This document shows positions 51,464 to 64,000 of a stretch of DNA of 64,000 bases, piece after piece. This stretch comes from Geosiphon pyriformis uo1 (Eukaryota; Fungi; Glomeromycota), in the NCBI GenBank assembly GCA_016748015.1, contig JAAOMT010000112.1:67382-131381 (forward strand), written 5' to 3'. The notes under the pieces were generated by a model, which saw only the letters and a program-made list of their open reading frames with translations, searched no databases and was not told the DNA's origin. Position numbers and translations under genes: made by a program. Within the stretch, counting starts at the first letter, position 1, and the number at the start of each line of letters is the position of its first letter.

Positions 51464-54400
51464 GTGCTAACCAGAAAGCCACCCAATGACAAATTACACC
51501 TAGAGAAAATATGCACCACACCTGCCAAAAAATTATTAAGAGGATTGATCTTCACATGGACTGGACACTGCAAAGGATATAGTGAATGCCAGCAGAGGAC
51601 CTGCAGATCATGTAACCAGTGAGAAAATAGATACCCCAAAATCCCAACAGAGTTTGCAAAAGAAATGACTGAAGCCAATTTACTCTCAGCCTGAACCTAT
51701 TCAAAAGTCTTCAAACCATACAGAGAGAGATAATGAATCACATTATTGGGGAAATCACACGGCAAATCAGACTTAGATCTTAAGCCCTATGAATCAAAGT
51801 GTCCCACTTTCTACAAGCACTAATAGGAACATAACTGAACTGTGTTCTATATCCAACAATAGGAAAAAGGACTGCTGAAACCAAATATGAAAACTGCTTA
51901 TCAGACACTGCCTTTTTTAGAACCAAATTAGAAAAGAACTGGACATCAGAATGTGTCTTAGCCAAGTTAGGCTTCAAAAGACCCTCAGTTGACAAATAGA
52001 TCTCCAAATAGCAATGTGATTCCTCCTTCTTGGCAATAGAAATAGGTAACCTGCTAATCAACAAAGAGAAAGCCATACCATCACAATTAATGGGGATGGC
52101 AACAGTCTTATTATTATTAATTGAAATGTTATTGATATCAAAAAATTCACTAGCAATGGTGAGAATGTGCTGTGTAGCACTTCGACTGCTGCCAACTTAT
52201 ATAGTATTATCAACAAAAGCACCCACTACAAAAAATGAAGATACACCAGCCTGAGACTCAGTACAATTACATCCAGAAATAAAATGAGAATTCAATCTGT
52301 AACCACACCCATCTGCCTGTCTCTTAACTTTACACAAAAAGTGATCATAAAAGATGCACCAAAGGAGTGGTGAGAACACCTCCCCCTGGTCCAAGTCATC
52401 ATGCACCTTATACCCATCTGTCAAACCAAAATCTGTCATAACTCTGTTGACACAACCATTGTGGATGCCACCAAAAAACCTAATAAACCTGCTGCACATT
52501 TTTATTCTAACCATACTGTCCCAAAGGTGTTCCCACCCAACAAAATCATAAGCTTTCCGCATGTTCTGCAATACCAACCAGAGCTTATGATTCTTCTCCA
52601 AAGCATCCTCAATAACTGAACCAATGGCAAAAATGGGAGACTGTGTCATTGTGCCCTTCAAAACTGAAAAATTGTCCCCATACAGAACATCAAAAGTACT
52701 ACAAGCCAACGAGATCCTATCTAAAAGAATCTTGGAGAGAATCTTGCAGGCAGTCTCAATCAAGACAATAGGTCAAGTGTTTGTAAGAACTCCTTCCCAC
52801 TCATACGGCTTAGGAATCATTGAAACCCAAGCTTCCTTCCAAGCATTAGACACAGACTCACAAATCAAACAAGAATTTAGAAGCACCAAAAGCATATCCA
52901 AAATTGATTTGTCACAGTGTTTCCAGAGCTTGTTCGAAATCTCAGAGAGACCAGCAGTCTTGCCTTCAGGCAGACTAGAAACCACACTGAACAACTCATT
53001 GAAACCAATGGGACACATTACACCAGAAAACACACCATCAAAAACATACTCCAAAGGCTTGTATTGGCGAGACCAATTATCAGAGATATCAGGCACCACC
53101 TTGTGCTTCCTGGTCCAGCCTTCCATGATTTCATCCACCCTAGCTTTGACTAAGCTGGGCTCCAAAATCAACTCGTCATCTACAACTAGATAATCCAGTA
53201 CCATTTTGCGAAAGGAACACTCCAAAACACTTCTGATGGTGCAACCCTTGTCTGATTCAAAACTCTCCATTCTTCTATCAATAGCTGCTCTGATACGGGA
53301 TTTCTTAGTATGTCTGAATTCCAGCAACTTAGCAGAGCGGTAAGACTTCCTCGCCTTAGCCAGAGCTGAGTAAATTATGTTAAAATTGGAACCTGACAGA
53401 AACAAAAACTTCACCACCGAAGCACTATTAATGTTAAGCCTCTCCCACGTATTTAACAATGATGCAAATTCTACACTAGACATCAAACAAGATGCCTTAA
53501 CCAGCTTGGATACAAGCAACTCAAGCTTGTAAAACCTAGAAGAACCCTTGGTAAAAATCTCATCATAACCCTTAAACCATTTCTTTTTGAATGTTCCAAC
53601 CACTGAGAGAATCATTATTTTGTGCACAATGTCCCACATAGCATCCAAATTTGAAAATTCCACAAAGGCAGTGAAATCACTTGAACACATTATGCCATTG
53701 GTCAACGTAGCATCCTTAAAATTGTTCTACTCTTTCTCGCTAGCATCTCCAAAATCAAACTTCCAATGATTTTTATTAGTCTGCTTGCACATTGAGTTCA
53801 GCTGAGAGTCAAGCAAGCCACCCAAGCCCACAAAAACAGAAACAGCTTTATGATCAGTATCAAAAAAGTTCTTGACACCAGTCACATCATGATCCACCAC
53901 AGTATTGATCAAGCTTGAAGAGACGAACATATAGTCAATAGTCTTGACAACACCACAAGAGTTACCCCATGTCGGCATCTTAGCAAGCACACTTCCACTC
54001 AAAGCATTAACCAGACCCAGATCAGAGCATTTTTTGAAACTGGCACTTTTACGAGCACCATCCTCATTGAAGTCACCACCCAAGACCACAAAAGATGATT
54101 CATTTACTGCCTTAGTAATCAAAGAATTGATGTCGCCAGCCTGTAAGAATTGGACACTTGAAGAGGCACCAGCATAGAGACCCAAAACAAAAACCGAAAG
54201 CTTATTCTTGAAGAGAAGTTTGATGGAGAGAAGCCAACCGGGCACCTCAGAAACCTTACAAACATGTTTAGCCAAAGAATTGTTCATGACAATTGCCACA
54301 CCAGAACCAAGACAACCAGAATCCAAACCAGAAGTGAACATCCGAACACCATTAAACTTGTCAGCGATCCACGGTCTAACCTTATCTCTAAGTTTAGATT

Positions 54401-57400
54401 TTGTGAAAATTGAAACCAAATTACCCATATCAAAGTGCCAGTGAACAATATCTGCCTGTTTAGCAGAGTTATTCAAGCCCCGAACATTACAAGTAGCAAA
54501 CTTCCAAACCAACTAACTTATTGAGAAAAAGGGAGAGCTGATGAACCCAAACCAGAACACAAAAAATCTAACCTAGCCAAAACAGAACTGACAGAAGTCT
54601 CCAGAGCTGACATCTTAGACTCCAAACCACTCATCTTGGTAGTTAGAATCTTCAAACTACTCGAATTGAAGCCAGCATCCATATTAACACTTGGAGAATG
54701 GGGATTGGACGATGCCAGTTCATCATCTAGAGCCATGTCAAAATTCAAAACAGGGGCCAAAGGCACAGAACCAACCAAAAGAGAGACACCAGAAGATAGA
54801 ACCATGGGCACCAATTCAACAAAACTCAATTTTCTTAAAATACCAGAAATTTGGTCAGCCAACAACTCGAGAGAGCATTCCAAAGACACCAAGCGAGCAT
54901 TTAAAGAAGAATTGGTGATTGTAGAGGAGTGAGGACCACCACCCAAATCTAAGGTCATATGGGAAGAAAAACCAACACCAAGACCAGAACCAAAAAGGAA
55001 GGCAAGAGAGACTACCTGGGCCCATAACTTGCCACCAAAGACAACAAGGCGAGATATAGGAACATTTTTTTTCATGTATAACTTGGCCAACTGGAGGTGA
55101 TTCACACTAGGAACACGTCTCTTATTAAAAATATTCAAGAGATCAGAGGACAACATATCTGATACATCATACTTCAGAGCTGAATAACTAAGATGCCCAC
55201 ATTTTCCACACTGAACCAAATCCAACCTAGCCCAAAAAAGATAAACACCACCAAAAACAGGCTCAGTGAGGAAAGCAGAATTCAGATCATTCTCAGATTC
55301 GAAGCCAACCACAGCACAACAAACTCTATTGCCAGTGTCCAATAAACGATTAATGATGCAAGTTCTGCCACTAGTTCTATCCAGCAGATTACTAAGATTA
55401 TGTGCAGTTGTTTCCACCAGTAACGTAAACAGAAGCACCCTAAAACAATCCCTTGAGGCCCAAATATCGCGATCTTTCATGGCTTTTGCCACATGCACAG
55501 AATCTTTCCTGATTAAGAAGAACTATTTCGAAGCCAATTGCTCTGTCTGTTCCAATTTGGCAAATTCCACTACAGCCTTCTGCCATATTCCGATCAGCTG
55601 AATTTTGATTGATTTAATTTCCCCAAATTCAGATACTGCAGTGACAATCATTTCCTTTGGTGTATCCATGAAAATCTTTTTGATAACTACAGTCTGATTT
55701 AAGCAAACTTCTTGTCTCTTAAGATTGCTGTTTACTATGATGTTATTTGCTCTGGCCAATGATGTGGCCTTTTCTATGCTTTCAGATGAAGTAAACATTG
55801 ATCAAATAATTCCTTCAAATTTTGAGGGGGTAGTGACCCCCCCAAAATCATTGATTTCTGAAAATAATTTCCTTATGACCTGAGTTTTGGCCATTGCCGA
55901 TTTCCTTTCTACAGCCGAAAGATTAATGTCCAAAGCAAATAATTTTTTCATGGCCACTTCCATTTGAGTTTTAATGATTTTGGGATCCACTCACACCTTA
56001 TCCAAAGAGAAAGACATATAAGGGGGAAGGGAAACTTCCTCTTTTTTCTCCATGTCATAATTAATAGAGCCGAAAGAGGAGCCAATAGTCATACCATTAT
56101 TGAAACACTTGGCTTGAGGCGTATTCATCTTGGAATCAGGTACTTTTTCATCTTCGGAAGCTTCACCATCAGTATCCATGCCATTAAACTACCTGATCAC
56201 ATGACCAGACCCACTACTTTCGAGAGTTGCACCACTACTCAAGAGCTTAACACCATCAGGAGGTTTCTTGATTTTATGACCTAAACCACTATCAACCAAA
56301 CCAGTGGTCAAAACTCTGACTGACCTTCTCTTAACACTAGGGCCACTCATAGTGGCAGCTGAACTGACAACGAAAGGGTTTGTTTCTTGTGAAATAGTGG
56401 AAGACAGTATATAAAAAACAGAAAAGCTTCTTTCAAATTTATGATTCTTTTTCAGGAATTTGGGACAAAGGAGAGAAAGAAGTCTTTTTGTTTTAGTTTA
56501 ATTTAATTTCTTCAATTATTTTTATTATTTTTAATAATTTTTTTTGTTATTTATTAGTTTATTATTTTAATTTGTAATAAAATTTATTTTATTTATAATA
56601 ATATTAAAAAAAGTTAAATTATATAATATTATATTAAAAATTTTAAAACCATTATTATTATTTTTTTTATGTTTTAATAAATATAATCTAATTATTATCT
56701 AATATAATATTCTTATTATAAAGTTTAAATTAAATATAAATTATATGTTTTTTATATATAATTAATTCATATTAATTAAAACATAAATTAAATTAAAATC
56801 AAAAAAGCCAAAAAAAAACTCAACTTATAAAGTCTAACAATAAAATTTTCTAAATTTTAATTATTAAAAATAAACTTACTTAAAAATAATTTAATTTTTT
56901 TAATACTATATTTAATACTAAAATTATATATTTATTATAATATTATTAAGTATTTGATAATTAAATTATTTAAAAAAATGCTTTAATAATACTTAAATTT
57001 TTATTATTTATGTTATTAAATTTTATTTTAGCTTTAAGATTAAACAAAGTTTTTAATAATATATTTTATAATAATCAAATTTTTTTCTATTTTAAAATTT
57101 TTATACATATTTATTATTAAAAACAAAGTAATTAAAGTAATTAAAAAACCAATTAGTTTAATAATAAATTTAATTAATACAGTTAAATTAAAGATTTAAA
57201 ATTCTAAAAAATTCAATTTAAAATTAATTGCAAAATTAATAACAAAAATAATCAAAAGTATAATAATAGATAAAATCAGAAAAACAAAAGCTTAATATTA
57301 TTATAGATTAGAATAACAAGCTAATAAATAGCAAGAAAAAACAAAATTGTATAGTAATAAAATAAATCAAAAGAAATTCAACTTTAAAAAATAAATTAAA

Positions 57401-57759
57401 ATATCTTAGTTGTTATTTTTTTCAAAGAATAATTAGGAAATTTGAAGGTAAAAAGATAGTCTGTATTGTTAACAAATAATAATACATTGGTATAATTCTA
57501 TGTTTTATATTAATGCTCTTAAAATTTAATATTAGATATTAAATATGTTTTTTAGTCATGTTTTATTTAATAATCTTCAAATAATATAATTATATGAATC
57601 AGAAAAAGAATAAGAAAATACTAACAAATAAGTTTTTATCCTAAAATATTCAAATACTTGAAAATAAAAAAAAAGAAATAAGCAATATAAAAAAGATTAA
57701 GATAATAATTGTTATTTTATTTTTTTTATTTCTTATATTCAATCATTAATACTTTTACA

Positions 57760-57955
57760 GCTAAAAAACTTATTGCTTATATAATTATTAAAAATGATCA
57801 ATAACTAAGTTAATAACTAAATTAATAATCAAATCAATAATCAAATCAACAATTAAATTATTGATCAAATCAATAATCAGATCAATAATCAGGTTATTAA
57901 TCACTATTTAAAAATAGAATGGCTAATTATGTAACATCAATGACTAATACATATA
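57760..57955. repeat. AT-rich dispersed repeat with internal 11-bp tandem units (ATCAATAATCA-like)
   Basis: Tandem units at 57795-57900; inverted homology to 38385-38525. Confidence 0.55.
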
Positions 57956-57958
57956 ATA

Positions 57959-58423
57959 CTAATAAAAACTATGATTTTCAACCATAACATTATTCTCTTC
58001 AAAAAAATTGAACTCTAAAAAAATCAAGCTATTTATGAAATAATCTAATTGAAAGTTTTTGTCTAATTCAAAACTAACTAGTTTGTTGAAATCTTTTGTA
58101 GATAAGATATATAATATTTGAGATAAGATAAGTTTTGTATTCAAAAGACCAAATTTTTGTATAAGAGTTTTGGCTCTTCTAACAATGATCAAAACTCTTG
58201 GGACATCTAATCATATAATGCCCAAAATTTCCACTTGTATCTCTGAAGTTGTTTTCTTCATGAGCTTCATGTCTTCTATGATTTCACCAAGTTGACCATA
58301 GAGCTCTAGTTGTCTTCCATATGACAGGTTTTTATCTATGGACAAGATTTCTTTAATCATTCTTCCAAGGGTATTGGAAGGTGATAGTATGCTTGCTGTT
58401 AATGCAAGAAGCGCACAAAACAC
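57959..58423 (-). pseudogene. Disrupted ORF of unknown function, weakly resembling the Gypsy ORF3 core
   Basis: ORFs 58211-58423 and 57959-58192 are one frame broken by a single TGA. Preceded by the splice-acceptor-like ttccttaccag. Confidence 0.45.
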
Positions 58424-59165
58424 TGGTAAGGAAACTCAAGACGCTTCTTAAGTACTTTGCGATAAATAATCAAGAGTGGAACAAAGAAAAAATCAGCTAA
58501 AGATCAGCTTTTTTTCCTCTAACCAAAAAAACTTCCGGGATGTTGAATGAGAGCGACGCGATGTAGGCTGTCGCTTGGATGTGAGACGTCAATCCCATCG
58601 CGGCGTGGATGTTTTGATATGTCGAGAGCGCGCAAGCTACGCCCTACGAATCTATACCGACTGAAGGGCATCCCTCTCCTGGTAGAATGCTATGATGTGG
58701 ACTTTCGGGCTTATTTTAGCATGCGGGGGTGTGCCAAAATTTCTCTATTTCAAGTGCATTTACGGGCCCAAAAGAAATAAATCAGTAGCTCCGCTCAAGA
58801 GTTGGCGAAAGCGTTATGCTAAACAACTTCGGTATATATCCTTGGACTTTTTTTTTTTTGCTAAACCTTGATTTAAAATTGCAGGCGACATTATTCAGAC
58901 GTATTTTATGAATCTGAGGTATGGCGGTTTACCTATTCCGCGAGTATTACCCACTTTTTCCTGGTTTTTGCTGGAGCATGCCCCAATTATATTATCATCA
59001 ATAAGATTAATCTTCTCCCACGCGGCTATTTTGATAATTTCCTTAAGAATAGTTTTTAATAGTTGTTGAAAAAGGTACTATTCCCAGAAAAATCATAAAT
59101 TTATTAAAATGGGTAATTATGACTGTGCCAATGTAATTTTTGATTAGTGGATTTCTTAGTCGATA

Positions 59166-61734
<2,569 letters not shown>

Positions 61735-62440
61735 CATACTGACATTATCAAAATTATTTTTTCTGAATCAAATATTTGATTTTCTATAACTTTGTTGAAT
61801 TTGAAGTTATAATTTTGACACTGCGCTAAATTACTATGTTTTTGATTAACAGACACTTGGGGCTGGTTTTTGTTTAGAGAAAATCTGTACATTTCGAGAT
61901 GAAAACATTGATGTAATGATCTAAACAAATTCTTCGTTGGGTTACGCAGCATCAGTCCTATTTTCTTATAACAAAAAATATTTACCAAAAAAGCTTCATG
62001 TTAATTTTAGTTAATGTGATACCAAATTTTTTATTTTTTACAATTAAAAAATTAGAAATTTTACTTGTTTAATGATAATGAAAATTTCAAAATTAATAAA
62101 TTGATTAAAAATTATTACATATTCCAACTGTTTATATTTCAAGATCAAAGGTGATTGGTCCTCATTTGGGAAAATTTTGATCATATCATAAAACCCGCAG
62201 TTTCTATAGTTTTCCCGAATCCCTCTGTTTGCTTGGCATAAGCGAGTTGCAGATTTGCGCTACAAGGTAAGCTCCTATATAATAGGGTACGATTTTATAA
62301 GGAGTTCACTTTTCTGTTTCCAACATTTAAACTATAGATTTTAACTTACTATCCAGTAATCTCGAACCGACTTTCAAGAACATCTTTCAAGAGTAATCTT
62401 AATTTACCAAGGAAAACTTAGATATTAAGAACTTACAGCA

Positions 62441-63786
62441 ATGGACCGTATTGACATGAGTTTGGATGATATAATTAAAGACACCAAAAAACAAAAACAA
62501 AAGGGAAACTTGGGAAATACCAATAATAATAGTAGTAATAATAATAATAATAATATAAATAATATAAATAACAAGAGCAAAACTGGTCCCATTCGGACTA
62601 GAACCGCCGGCAAGAATTTGACTCGACATAAGGCCAATCCCTATCCGGTAAGATTTCTGAGCTTCCTAGAGAACGGCTGGAGCAGAACCCTGGCGTTGCT
62701 CAAAGTCGAAACTTCGAACTTTGGGCAAAGGCTAAAGTGTCCGAGAAAAACGATTAAGCAAACTTTTGCATACAAGTCATTGCGCTCTTTGACCGTTCAA
62801 TAATTCACCCCATCGCGAAGAACACGAGACTGATTTCACCTGCGACTTTTTGCCCATGTTGCGCAACTTCCATTACAAAATCCTCTCAGAAACCAAAAAC
62901 ACTCAAGGCCGGAAATTCTAATGGTGTTTGGCGCCATGATTTATACAAGACTGTTAACCCTGGCTCGTCAGCCAAACGCACTAATCCCATTCTTACTTCA
63001 CCCAACGGGGGTCTTTCGATCCAACAAAGACTCGGTACTAATTCCGGGATCGTTAGCCGAATGTCGATCAAGGGAGTCGGTGGGCTAAAGCAAGAATTTT
63101 CTTTCAAAGGAGAAGGCGGGCCGGCCACTATCCAGATTACCAATGTTGCCCCGGGTACTACCGCCAATGACATCAAGGTCAATTCATAATACCCTCGTCC
63201 ATCTAAATTATTGTTTTCCTTTTACTGATCTTTTTCATCTTTTTTAGACTGCCTTTATGGATTTCGGTGATATTCTAACCTTGGACATGAAACCGAATAA
63301 AAATAATCGTGTTCCTATCAGTGCTGAGCTCACATATGAGTCGAAGGCATCTGCTCATGCAGCTATAAAAAAATATAACACCGCTCTTGTTGATGGTATG
63401 TCTTTGTTTATTGTGAAAGGATTTCTTAAATCTTTGATAACAGAAAATTTTTTTTTAGGACGAGTATTGAAAGTTCAATTTAAGCAGGTAGGAACTGCTG
63501 TTGCTCCCGCAAATGCGGCGGGAACTGCTGCCTACCGCTTCAACAATAAATTCACCAAGTCTCACCCAGTTACTATTGCTGCTCCTCGGTATGTCGAAAA
63601 GATTTAGATATTATGAAAATTTTAAGAGCTTTCATATCGTTCCTAAATTATGTTTCCATATGGCTTCTCAGTAACGGCAGAATGTATTCCGATGAATTGA
63701 TGACTGATGTTGTTAATACCGGGCCTAACCTTCGTCGCGTCTCCGGGGGAAAAGGAAAGCAGCCATCTTTCAGCGTTACATTGTAA
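62441..63786 (+). CDS. ALY/REF(Yra1)-like RRM RNA-binding / mRNA export adaptor (5 exons)
   Basis: N-terminal UBM-like MDRIDMSLDDIIK, WRHDLY motif, RRM (IQITNVAPGTTANDIK|TAFMDFG...AELTY...AIKKYNTALVDG|RVLKV), last exon ...GRMYSD...FSVTL*. Confidence 0.75.
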
Positions 63787-64000
63787 ACTGCGATATCAAA
63801 TCATATTTTACAGTTCAAAATAGGGTCCTTTGCTTTCATTAGAAACTTGGAATTACTTTTGCTATTCTGAACGAAGCTACTATTTTCACTTTTTTTACCT
63901 ATTCCCTTTCAATTTTCTTAAAACATACCGATCTTTTATATTATCTTAAATTTAGTATGGTTGAGTTTCTCTTTCAATAAATATATAGCTAATGCGATGT

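Larger units (their letters stand above)
38905..56485 (-). mobile_element. LINE-B: decayed full-length non-LTR retrotransposon of the same clade as LINE-A, interrupted by Gypsy-2
   Basis: Poly-T tail at ~38910-38922; 3' UTR homologous to LINE-A. RNase H (VYTDGS...ELKAIALAL...WCKVKGH), RT (DQGEVFSPLLW), APE (TCNVRGLN, LGGDFN, IDYMF, DTDH). ORF1 with RRM-like and decayed CCHC segments at ~54518-56300. The 5' end is approximate. Confidence 0.9.

Noticed and set aside
22938-56284. Numerous plus-strand ORFs across the TE block
   Set aside because: They are antisense shadows of minus-strand TE coding sequence with no independent motifs.
58690-58725. GAAAGTCC (minus strand) as RNase P/MRP CR-I
   Set aside because: No matching CR-V/P4 partner found downstream. 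Retained only as a generic structured island.

Overview
Eukaryotic, AT-rich, intron-rich fungal DNA. Gene and TE style suggest Glomeromycotina (AM-fungus/Geosiphon-like); this is an inference. Two gene islands flank a ~39-kb nested transposon block. The left island holds BRF1 (+), WHI2 (-), SEC72-like TPR (+) and the DRS2 P4-ATPase (-). The right island holds HTS1 (+) and an ALY/Yra1-like RRM gene (+). The TE block (~17.97-56.5 kb) contains a pogo/Tigger DNA transposon with TIRs and TA target sites and two full-length decayed LINEs (ORF1 plus APE-RT-RNase H). Four LTR insertions are nested in these: two full-length Ty3/Gypsy elements of different families and two solo LTRs, one inverted inside another LTR. 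Main observations: (1) all four LTR insertions have 4-bp target-site duplications centred on CpG or its deamination product (CCGC/CCAC, CTGC/CTGC, GCGC/GTGC, TCGG/TCGG), and all landed in other TEs although no chromodomain is visible. (2) Both Gypsy families share three accessory modules: a ~200-aa multi-CxxC domain after the protease, a dUTPase before RT, and a conserved non-env ORF3 running up to the PPT. (3) Sister LTRs differ only by transitions in the stretch compared, including non-CpG sites. Coordinates and alignments were read by eye.
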